Source: Candidatus Sulfotelmatobacter sp. (GTDB lineage Bacteria; Acidobacteriota; Terriglobia; Terriglobales; Acidobacteriaceae). Taken from it: a stretch of 64,000 bases of DNA. Position numbers and translations under genes: made by a program. The notes under the pieces are model-generated. The model saw nothing but the letters and a program-made list of their open reading frames with translations, ran no database searches and was not told where the DNA came from. The stretch spans positions 3,845 through 67,844 of the forward strand of contig DASVAE010000021.1 of assembly GCA_036376495.1 (NCBI GenBank). The letters are read 5' to 3'. This document shows positions 54,491 to 62,597 of the stretch, piece after piece (positions within the stretch are counted from its first letter, which is position 1; each line of letters begins with the position of its first letter).

Positions 54491-55191
54491 GCGTGCCTGC
54501 CGGCCAGCCACTCCGTCCGATCGCAATCATTGGCGGCACCGGGCCTGCCGGCATGGGGCTGGCCCTGCGCTGGGTGCGAGCGGGGGAAACGGTCATTATT
54601 GGATCGCGCGAGGAGAACCGGGCAGTTCAGGCCGCCGCCTCCATTAAGGGGCGCGTGGGAGAAACTGCGCGCGTCAGCGGCATGGACAATAGTGCCGCTT
54701 GTGCCGCCGCCGACATTCTGATGCTAACCGTTCCGTTTGCGGGCCAGGCTTCGCTGATTAAACGCCTCAAGCCGGCAATGACGCCGGGCAGCATTCTCAT
54801 CGATGCCACGGTTCCATTGGCGGCAGAGGTAGGCGGGCGACCATCGCGAACCTTGGGGGTTTGGCAAGGCTCCGCCGCGGAACAGGCGGCAGAACTGGTG
54901 CCTCAGGATGTCAGTGTCGTCGCCGCTTTTCATAACGTCTCCGCCGATCTGATGGGCGGCGATAATCCTCTGGACTGCGACGTCATCGTTTGCAGCGATG
55001 ACGCCGACGCGGCGCAACTCACGCGCGAACTGGCGGCAAAGATTCCCGGCCTCCGTCCCATAGACGGCGGGAAGTTGGAGAATGCCCGCATCATCGAGCA
55101 GATCACAGCCTTGCTGGTCGGCCTCAATATTCGCCACAAAGGACACGCCGGAATCCGCATCACGGGATTGCCGCCTGCCGCTTACCGCTAA
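54487..55191 (+). CDS. fno: NADPH-dependent F420 reductase (F420H2:NADP+ oxidoreductase)
   Basis: ATGA overlap with cofH. The motif IAIIGGTGPAGMGLALRWVRAGETVIIGSR and the family-typical length (234 aa) fit. Confidence 0.8.
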   Translation: MSVPAGQPLRPIAIIGGTGPAGMGLALRWVRAGETVIIGSREENRAVQAAASIKGRVGETARVSGMDNSAACAAADILMLTVPFAGQASLIKRLKPAMTPGSILIDATVPLAAEVGGRPSRTLGVWQGSAAEQAAELVPQDVSVVAAFHNVSADLMGGDNPLDCDVIVCSDDADAAQLTRELAAKIPGLRPIDGGKLENARIIEQITALLVGLNIRHKGHAGIRITGLPPAAYR

Positions 55192-55221
55192 CCGACTCTC
55201 GCGCCAAGGAGCATTGCGTTC

Positions 55222-56784
55222 TTGACCCAGAACCAGAATCTCGACGCCACCTGGCAGTATCACAGCGGCACCAAGCACTCCTATGTCGGGTTGCGAACGA
55301 ATCCACACTCCCTCGACTGGAAAAATAAGCCGCTGCTGTTCAAGATTTACCCAACACTCGAGGTGACCCGGCTGCCCCGCGATTTCCGCGAGACTTCCGT
55401 GCCGGCGCTCACTGCGATGGCAACTTCACAACCTTCTTCTCGGGACGAGGCTATACCAGATTTGGAAACTCTGGCACAGCTGCTGTTCTTCTCCGCCGGC
55501 GTGACGCGCAGCAAGAAATTCGATCAGGCTGAGATGTTCTTTCGCGCAGCCGCGTGCACCGGCGCGCTTTATGAAATCGAGCTATACGTCGTCTGCGCGA
55601 ATTTAAAGAGCGCCAACTCACCCCCGCTTCCCGCCGGCGTCTATCACTTTGGGGCCGCAGAATTCGGATTGCGCCAGCTTCGCGCCGGCGACTTCCGGCA
55701 AGTTCTGTTTCAGGCCACGGCCAGCCACCCCTCGGTAGCCCATGCCCCGGTCATCATCGTTTGCTCGGGCACTTACTGGCGCAACGCCTGGAAATACCGC
55801 TCCCGCACTTACCGTCATTTTGGATGGGATAACGGCACCATCCTGGCCAACATGCTCGCCGTTGCTCATTCGCTGAAGCTTCCCGCACACATCGTCGCCG
55901 GATTCGTAGACTCGCAAGTGAACTCTTTGTTGAGCCTCGACACCAACCGCGAAGTGGCGTTCTCCATCATTCCCGTCGGATACCAGGAAGCAACTCCGCC
56001 CGTTCCGCCGGAATTTTCTCCTCTGGATTTACCGACTGTACCTTACTCCTCGGAAGAGGTTGATTATCCAGCCATGCGCAGAATGCACGAAGCCTCTTCG
56101 CTCGATTCGGCGGAGGAGGTGACTGCGTGGCGCGGCAAAACTCCAATTCAGAAAATGCCGGCACCCAAGATCAGTGCGCGCCGCCTGCAATTACCCGATG
56201 ATTCGAAAGTGCCAAAGGACACAATTGAGAAAGTAATTTCCCGGCGCGGTTCCAGCAGGCTGTTCGCGCGCGATCCCATCACGCAGCCGCAGCTGTCTCT
56301 CATCCTCGATCGTGTCACCCGTGGAATTCCCGCGGATTTCCTCGACCCCTTCGGTAGTCAGCTCACTGATTTGTACCTGATCGTCAACCACGTCGTGGGA
56401 TTGGAGCCGGGCGCTTATGTTTACCACCGGGACAAGAGATCCCTTGAACTGCTCAAGCCGGGCGAGTTCCGCGACAAGGCAGGTTACCTTGGCCTGGAGC
56501 AACAGTTACCAGCCGATGCGGCAGTGGATGTCTTCTTTCTTGCCGATCTGAAAAAGATCGCGGAGCGCTTCGGCAACCGCGGATACCGCGCGGTCCAGTT
56601 GGAAGCCGGCATTCTGGGCGGAAAGATCTATCTCGCGGCCTATGCGCAAGGTCTGGGAGCCAGCGGATTGACTTTTTATGACGACGATGTCGTCAGCTTC
56701 TTCTCGCCGCACGCGCGCGGGAAGAGCGCGATTTTCCTGGTCGCCCTGGGACGCAGCGCCCTGCGCCGATCCGCCACTCCCTAG
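55222..56784 (+). CDS. SagB-type dehydrogenase / nitroreductase-superfamily protein with two nitroreductase-like halves (520 aa)
   Basis: TTG start. The N-terminal signature is WQYHSGTKHS, followed by FFRAAACTGALYEIELYVV. The second half has ISRRGSSRLFA...YRAVQLEAGILGGKIYLAAYAQGLGASGLTFYDD. Confidence 0.7.
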   Translation: MTQNQNLDATWQYHSGTKHSYVGLRTNPHSLDWKNKPLLFKIYPTLEVTRLPRDFRETSVPALTAMATSQPSSRDEAIPDLETLAQLLFFSAGVTRSKKFDQAEMFFRAAACTGALYEIELYVVCANLKSANSPPLPAGVYHFGAAEFGLRQLRAGDFRQVLFQATASHPSVAHAPVIIVCSGTYWRNAWKYRSRTYRHFGWDNGTILANMLAVAHSLKLPAHIVAGFVDSQVNSLLSLDTNREVAFSIIPVGYQEATPPVPPEFSPLDLPTVPYSSEEVDYPAMRRMHEASSLDSAEEVTAWRGKTPIQKMPAPKISARRLQLPDDSKVPKDTIEKVISRRGSSRLFARDPITQPQLSLILDRVTRGIPADFLDPFGSQLTDLYLIVNHVVGLEPGAYVYHRDKRSLELLKPGEFRDKAGYLGLEQQLPADAAVDVFFLADLKKIAERFGNRGYRAVQLEAGILGGKIYLAAYAQGLGASGLTFYDDDVVSFFSPHARGKSAIFLVALGRSALRRSATP

Positions 56785-58178
56785 TCTTCGACGACTGGCG
56801 TCGACATCCCCTCGGCAGGCGCCCCGCCCTGCATCCCCTGCGCCATGATCAGCCGTCGAGCCTCGCCCCGTATTTTCGGCAATTTCGTCCCGAACCACCA
56901 CGCGCCGCCAATCGACGCCACTCCGCCGATCGCAACGGTCATCGGCGCACCCACGCGATCGGACAGCACACCTCCGAGCAGCGCCCCCAGCGGAGCCATT
57001 CCCATGAACATCATCGAATACACCGCCATCACCCGCCCCCGCAGTGCATCCGGCACCATCACCTGGATCAGCGTGTTCGAGGAGGCCATCTGCAGCATGA
57101 TGAAATATCCCACCGGCAACAGCAGCAGCACCGAAATCCAGAATGATTTGGATATGGCGAACAGGATCAGGCTCACGCCAAATGCCGCACAACAAACGGT
57201 CACCCACTTGCCCAGACCCTTCACCCCCGTGCGAATGGCCAACGTCAGCGCTCCCAGCAGTGCTCCAACCCCGGCCGCGCCCATCAGGATTCCGAGCCGC
57301 ACCGCGCCCAGGTCGTGCGAGCCGATCATTGACGCAAATTCCTGGCCCCCACTGTGCAAGATGCGATCCGCAAAAATCGGCATCAGCACGACATAGGGCA
57401 TACCCGTAATGCTGACCAATCCCAATAGGATCAACAACGCGCGGATTGGCGCCGTTCGGTTTACAAACTGGAAGCCCTCCACGACGTGCTCCCACGGCGA
57501 AGTCTTCTCCGAAACCCGCGCCGGCGCATGCACATTCATCAGCATCAATCCGGCGATCACCGCAATGTAGCTGACGCCATTGGCGAAGAAACACCAGCCT
57601 TCCCCCAGCCGCGCTACCAGAACGCCCGCAACCGCCGGCCCGATCACGCGCGCCCCATTGAACATTGAGGAGTTCAGCGCGATGGCATTCATCAGATCGT
57701 CTTTGCCCACCATATCGACGAGAAATGACTGCCGCCCGGGGATATCGAACGCGTTTACGACGCCGAGCAGCGCGGCCAGCACAAAAACGTGCCACACCTT
57801 CACGTAATGCGTCAGCGCCAGCGCCGCCAGAATGAACGCCAGAACCATCGACGCGACCTGGGTCGCAATGACCACATGCTTACGATTGCTGCGGTCGGCC
57901 ACAATCCCGCCCAACGGGGCAAACAGAAACACCGGAATCTGGCTGGCAAATCCGACGGCCCCAAGCTGCAGCCCAGATCCGGTCAGGCGGTACACCAGCC
58001 AGGACTGAGCCACCGTCTGCATCCAGGTGCCGACCAGGGAAATCAGTTGTCCACTGAAGAAAAGCTGGAAATTTCGATGCCGGAGAGCGCGTCCCGCCGC
58101 CTGCCACCGTAGCTTTTGGCTCCCCGGCTGCGAACCGGCCACCGCGGTGCTCTCAATGGAATCCTTCGATTCAGTCAC
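56781..58178 (-). CDS. MFS transporter (EntS/DUF894-like subfamily)
   Basis: About 12 TM segments. The N-terminal motif is ALRHRNFQLFFSGQLISLVGTWMQTVAQSWLVYRLTGS, followed by GGIVADRSNRK. Confidence 0.85.
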   Translation of the reverse strand: MTESKDSIESTAVAGSQPGSQKLRWQAAGRALRHRNFQLFFSGQLISLVGTWMQTVAQSWLVYRLTGSGLQLGAVGFASQIPVFLFAPLGGIVADRSNRKHVVIATQVASMVLAFILAALALTHYVKVWHVFVLAALLGVVNAFDIPGRQSFLVDMVGKDDLMNAIALNSSMFNGARVIGPAVAGVLVARLGEGWCFFANGVSYIAVIAGLMLMNVHAPARVSEKTSPWEHVVEGFQFVNRTAPIRALLILLGLVSITGMPYVVLMPIFADRILHSGGQEFASMIGSHDLGAVRLGILMGAAGVGALLGALTLAIRTGVKGLGKWVTVCCAAFGVSLILFAISKSFWISVLLLLPVGYFIMLQMASSNTLIQVMVPDALRGRVMAVYSMMFMGMAPLGALLGGVLSDRVGAPMTVAIGGVASIGGAWWFGTKLPKIRGEARRLIMAQGMQGGAPAEGMSTPVVED

Positions 58179-58372
58179 GCTGTCCTATGATGATCTCGCC
58201 CTGCCCCCGGCAGCAATATATCTCCTCTCTTCTTCGGCTTTAAGTCGCTTTTCGATGCGTGAGAGGCGGGCCTGGTCAGCTCTTAACTAACTTGCAACTT
58301 CCTTTATCACTCGATCTGAGCTAAAGTCTTCGTCTGCGCTTTTTCGGCGATTCGGCCAAAGGAAGTGACCCA

Positions 58373-58822
58373 ATGACCACTCCTCCACTTCGAGTTGAAC
58401 GCCGCGTCGGACAGCGATTCCCTTACCTGCTGGCTACTTCTTTTCGCCAGACCAGCGATGGCATTGAAGGCGTCGGTTTTACGCAGGATCTAAGTTCGCG
58501 AGGAGTGTTCTTTCTTACCGATGCCCCTCTGACGGAAGGTTCGGAGATCGAGTTGACCTTGCGCATGCCTTCCGAGATCACGCTAGGCCAAAGTATGCCG
58601 GTGCGCTGCAAGGGTCGCATCCTGCGAATCGTTCGTCCGAATGGCACGTCGCCGAACCCCTTGTCCGACGCCGCGCGCGCGAAGATCGGGGTTGCCGTCC
58701 GACTGGAATGTTACGAATATCTTCCCGAGTGCGCCGATTCCCCTATAAGGGTTGCGGCCCTCCATCCTCGTCACGAAGAGGAACAGCGCCAGACACAAAC
58801 CCCGTCTGCCAGGCTTGCTTAG
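58373..58822 (+). CDS. PilZ-domain protein (c-di-GMP-binding type)
   Basis: The RxxxR motif is ERRVGQRF. The D/NxSxxG motif is QDLSSRGVFF. Confidence 0.7.
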   Translation: MTTPPLRVERRVGQRFPYLLATSFRQTSDGIEGVGFTQDLSSRGVFFLTDAPLTEGSEIELTLRMPSEITLGQSMPVRCKGRILRIVRPNGTSPNPLSDAARAKIGVAVRLECYEYLPECADSPIRVAALHPRHEEEQRQTQTPSARLA

Positions 58823-58832
58823 ACCCGCTGCT

Positions 58833-58859
58833 TTTGAGGTCGCAATTTGCGACCTCAAA
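58833..58859. other. Perfect 12-bp-stem palindrome between convergent genes
   Basis: TTTGAGGTCGCA-att-TGCGACCTCAAA. There is no downstream U-tract on either strand. Confidence 0.6.
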
Positions 58860-58902
58860 CATGCTTATCCTGAAAGTCCCCAGCCGAGCCCTCGCTCCCC
58901 GT

Positions 58903-59340
58903 TCACTTCGCAACCGGCGTGGCCGCAGCGGCAACCAGGACCCAGCCCTTCTGTTTGTAGACCCACGTGTCCACAAACCTCCACTGTTGCAGGGTTCGGG
59001 TCCCGCGATCCATGTGGCTCTCCTTATAGCTTCCCACCACGATCGCGGTGTTTCCAAAGGTGCGCACGGTCATAGGCTCCATGCTGATCTGGTCCAGATT
59101 CGTTGGTTGCGCCTTGATTCGCGAGAGGTACTCCGCCTTGCTCACCAGCCTGCCGTATTCGACATAGACCAGCGCATTGTCAAAAATCATGTCGAGAGCG
59201 CGGTTATCATTTCGTGCCTGTCCGACCGTCCACTGCTTCTCTAATGCGCGGATGGCCGCTGCTGTTCCCGGGTCGGACGAATCCTGTCCCCACGCCACCA
59301 ATAGAGATAAAATGGAAACGGCAATCAGGGCGAATCTCAC
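58903..59340 (-). CDS. Secreted NTF2-like (SnoaL/DUF4440-type) protein
   Basis: GTG 59340 is preceded by GAGGGA and gives a signal peptide (VRFALIAVSILSLLVAWGQ). The family pattern is ALEKQWTVGQARNDNRALDMIFDNALVYVEYGR...WRFVDTWVYKQKGWVLVAA. Confidence 0.65.
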   Translation of the reverse strand: MRFALIAVSILSLLVAWGQDSSDPGTAAAIRALEKQWTVGQARNDNRALDMIFDNALVYVEYGRLVSKAEYLSRIKAQPTNLDQISMEPMTVRTFGNTAIVVGSYKESHMDRGTRTLQQWRFVDTWVYKQKGWVLVAAAATPVAK

Positions 59341-59372
59341 GATCCCTCTAGGCTCCACGTCAGAACCAAAAT

Positions 59373-59813
59373 TCAGCTCGCAGGCGTAGACACGCTGGCA
59401 ATAATCAACCAGCGCCCATTGCTGTTCAAGCACGTATCCACAAATCGGCCTTGGCGCGCAAAGGCTTTCCCCCCTCGGAGGCCGCTCATCTGGAACCGCC
59501 CGCTTACGATGGCTGTGTCTCCGTGCACTCGCACCACCATATCCTCGATGATGTAGTGGACCGAATCCAAGCTCTGCAAAGAGGCCAAGAATTCTGTTTT
59601 GCTTTGCGATCGCCCCTCAAATGTCACCAGCACGAACTCATCTGCCAGGGCTGCATTCAGCGTGTTGAAGTCACCGCCGGGCAAAGCTTGCACCCGCACC
59701 ACCCGTTCCAAAGCCATGACTCTGGATTGAATTGCAGAGTCATAAGCGCTTTGGGCAGACGCCTGCGACAATGCCAAGGTCACAGTCACTGCAATGAGGG
59801 CAAACTTATTCAT
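59373..59813 (-). CDS. Secreted NTF2-like (SnoaL/DUF4440-type) protein, paralog of the downstream gene
   Basis: Met at 59813 gives a signal peptide (MNKFALIAVTVTLALSQASAQ). It shares the C-terminal pattern GRFVDTCLNSNGRWLIIASVSTP. Confidence 0.65.
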   Translation of the reverse strand: MNKFALIAVTVTLALSQASAQSAYDSAIQSRVMALERVVRVQALPGGDFNTLNAALADEFVLVTFEGRSQSKTEFLASLQSLDSVHYIIEDMVVRVHGDTAIVSGRFQMSGLRGGKAFARQGRFVDTCLNSNGRWLIIASVSTPAS

Positions 59814-59930
59814 TCGAGGCCTCTCAAGCAATCATCGGCAATGGCTCCCTTTTCTTTATGGCGCTCCATTCCCCGAAAACTCCCGCGATCTGAGATGATC
59901 GAAGGCAACATTCCAACACCAGGAGAACGC

Positions 59931-60458
59931 ATGGCACGCATTAGCCTGATCAGTCCACAGGATGCAGTGGCAGACGTGAAGGAAATTTACGAGAAGACCC
60001 TTCGCGGCAAGCCCGGAAACGCCCAGAAGGCACTGGCCCACCGTCCCGAGATGCTAAAGAACTTCTTAGCTTTTTATGGCAGCGTGGGTAAGTCGCTCGA
60101 CCGAAAACTTTATGAACTCATCTACATTCGCGTGTCGCTGATCAACGGATGCCGCTACTGCACTCAGCATCATCTCACCTCGTCAAAGCGTGTGGGCTTG
60201 ACGGCCGAGGATTGGGCCGCCCTGAAAGTGGGCAACTACTCCCGCTTCGACGACAAAGCGCGCATCGCGTTGGCCTACATCGAGAAACTAACCCGCGCCC
60301 CGCAATCCATCACCGACACAGACTTCGCGCCCCTGCGGGAACAATTCTCGGAGCCAGAAATTGTCGATCTTCATCTGCTCACGGGATTGGCGAATCTCAC
60401 CAACCGCTTCACCGCTCCGTTGGGGCTGGAATTGGAATTTCCCGAGGAAAACATCTAA
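59931..60458 (+). CDS. Carboxymuconolactone-decarboxylase/AhpD-like family protein (CxxC)
   Basis: ATG 59931 is preceded by AGGAGA. The motif is IRVSLINGCRYCTQHH. The ORF-track start at 59451 overlaps the opposite-strand genes. Confidence 0.75.
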   Translation: MARISLISPQDAVADVKEIYEKTLRGKPGNAQKALAHRPEMLKNFLAFYGSVGKSLDRKLYELIYIRVSLINGCRYCTQHHLTSSKRVGLTAEDWAALKVGNYSRFDDKARIALAYIEKLTRAPQSITDTDFAPLREQFSEPEIVDLHLLTGLANLTNRFTAPLGLELEFPEENI

Positions 60459-60522
60459 GACGCGGCGTAAATGCCGATGAAAGAGCATTGTGTTCCTTAG
60501 CCTCAGTGTTGCAAAGAGCTCC

Positions 60523-60568
60523 TAGCTTCCAGCTCCTTGCTACCCCCTGAGGGGTTGGCTGGAAGCTA
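60523..60568. other. Nested hairpin between the convergent AhpD-like gene and selB (possible bidirectional terminator)
   Basis: The outer stem is TAGCTTCCAGC...GCTGGAAGCTA. It encloses CCCC-tga-GGGG. There are no clear U-tracts. Confidence 0.4.
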
Positions 60569-60596
60569 CCAGCTGAAAGCTAGCAGTTCTGAATTC

Positions 60597-62495
60597 CTAA
60601 AGAATCTGCCGCGTATCCCCCACCCGTCTGGTCACGCGCTCACGATCAAGGTATTCGAGCAGCGGAATGGCGTACTTGCGGCTCACCCCGGTCAACTCCT
60701 TGAAGGTCGCCACGTCAATGGTCGCGGACCTCGTCTTGTGCGCGGCAATCCGTTTCCGCAGTTCCTCGAGCGCGCTTCGATGAAACACGAGTTGATCGGA
60801 AACCTTGGTCAGCACTTTGTCGCGTAGAAGAAGAGTCACGATTTTCTGTGCGCGCACTTTATCGATCTTCAGCCCCGCAAGGACCTCGGTCAGCGCTGGC
60901 ACCTTCAATGCCGCAATAGCGAACGCTTCTTCAATCCTTTTCTTGGACTCGGCTTCCTCGTCTTTCATGACGACGCCGCGTCCCGCCAGGCTCACCAGCT
61001 CCCCTGAAACCGCAAGTTTTTTTTCCTGCACCAGTTGCTGCAGGATTGCCTGGAATATAACCTGACTCGCCCCGGTTTGAGCCCTGAGTTCCTCCTTGTT
61101 GATTCCGCTGACCAGCGGATTCCTGCCGTGAAACTCGTCCAGTGCGCTAACGAGCTGCTTCTTCACCTCTTCCCTCGCGGCTGAGCTCAGCAGCACTTCT
61201 CCTGCCCGGATCACCTGCCGGCTTTGCACCGCACCTGCTATCGCACGCTCGATCACTTCTTTTCTCCAGCCCGACTCCTTCACCAGATCGGTCATAGTAA
61301 TCCCGTGAAAAGAGCGGCGGGCGAGCCGAGCCAAAACTTTTGTAGCGCGATCGTCCCCCGCAAAAACTTCGAGATTACGATCCGGCACGAACTTCCGCGA
61401 TGTAGGTGCCGCATCCAATACCACGCCTCCCCCGATCGTGACCACGGGCGAAAACTGCCGAATAATAAACCGATCCCCCGGCAACAGAAGCGCAGCCGCG
61501 GCCAGCTTAAGTCGCGCCAGCACCTCCGTGCCCCGCGCAATCTCTTTGCTCTCATGCAGCACGATCTCAGCAACCGTCTCCATAGTGTTGCAATGAAAAT
61601 GTACGCGTGATTGGTTTTTCAACGAGCGCGGTGCGGAAGCGAGCAGCCGTATTTTTACGTCGATCACCTTCGTTGGGGCGAAAGTATCGGGCGGAGCCAG
61701 CATCATCCCGCGCCCCAGGCCTGCGCTACCGGCGCCCGCCAGATTCACCGCGGTCCGTTGTCCGGCCAAAGCTTTGTCCGCATCGTGGCCGTGCACCTGC
61801 ACTCCCCGTACGCGCACTCGATCTCTCCCAGGGAAGACCTGCAGTTCTTCCTCTTTGCGAATTGTGCCTGAGATCAAGGTTCCAGTGACCACAGTGCCGA
61901 AGCCCTTCATAATGAAGACACGATCGATGGGCAGGCGGGCCAGGGCCTCAGAGTCCCTGGCTTGTACCTCCGCTGCTGCGACGGCGATTGATCGCTTGAG
62001 CTCGTCAAGACCTGCCCCGGTCAGCGAACTCACCGCTATGATCGGTGCCCTCGAGGATTCCAGGAACGTTCCTCGCAGGAACTCCTCCACCTCAAGCCGC
62101 ACTACATCCAGAGTCTCCGGATCGACCGCATCCGATTTAGTCAGAACCGTAATTCCACGACTGACGCCGAGCAGTTGCAGGATGTCAAAGTGCTCGCGAG
62201 TCTGCGGCTTGATGGATTCGTCTGCCGCGATGACGAATAGAACCAGATCGATTCCCCCAACTCCCGCCAGCATGTTGCGCACAAAGCGCTCGTGTCCCGG
62301 CACATCCACAAAACCAAGATGCAAGGTTCCGCCATCGGTCGCGGGCAGGTCCATGTGGGCGAAACCCAGATCGATCGTGATACCGCGCCGCTTCTCCTCC
62401 TCGAGCCGGTCGGCGTCAATCCCGGTCAGCGCCTTCACCAGCGCCGTTTTGCCGTGATCAATGTGCCCGGCTGTCCCCACCACGATGGATTTCAT
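60597..62495 (-). CDS. selB: Selenocysteine-specific translation elongation factor
   Basis: GTPase motifs are [24 protein letters not shown] and TKSD. The long C-terminal winged-helix extension (632 aa total) is typical of bacterial SelB. Confidence 0.88.
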   Translation of the reverse strand: MKSIVVGTAGHIDHGKTALVKALTGIDADRLEEEKRRGITIDLGFAHMDLPATDGGTLHLGFVDVPGHERFVRNMLAGVGGIDLVLFVIAADESIKPQTREHFDILQLLGVSRGITVLTKSDAVDPETLDVVRLEVEEFLRGTFLESSRAPIIAVSSLTGAGLDELKRSIAVAAAEVQARDSEALARLPIDRVFIMKGFGTVVTGTLISGTIRKEEELQVFPGRDRVRVRGVQVHGHDADKALAGQRTAVNLAGAGSAGLGRGMMLAPPDTFAPTKVIDVKIRLLASAPRSLKNQSRVHFHCNTMETVAEIVLHESKEIARGTEVLARLKLAAAALLLPGDRFIIRQFSPVVTIGGGVVLDAAPTSRKFVPDRNLEVFAGDDRATKVLARLARRSFHGITMTDLVKESGWRKEVIERAIAGAVQSRQVIRAGEVLLSSAAREEVKKQLVSALDEFHGRNPLVSGINKEELRAQTGASQVIFQAILQQLVQEKKLAVSGELVSLAGRGVVMKDEEAESKKRIEEAFAIAALKVPALTEVLAGLKIDKVRAQKIVTLLLRDKVLTKVSDQLVFHRSALEELRKRIAAHKTRSATIDVATFKELTGVSRKYAIPLLEYLDRERVTRRVGDTRQIL

Positions 62496-62597
62496 CTTCA
62501 GAAATCCTAGCAGGAGAAACCGTCCGCAATTGCACCAGCTTTGCAGCAGCCTCTATCCCAGGAGCACCCCAAAATGCGACAATAGAACTTCCTTCCC

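Noticed and set aside
56506-57795. 429-aa minus-strand ORF overlapping the MFS transporter in another frame
   Set aside because: It is on the same strand as the MFS gene but out of frame. The sequence is extremely Gly/Arg/Ala/Asp-rich with no hydrophobic core. The MFS frame gives a convincing 12-TM protein.
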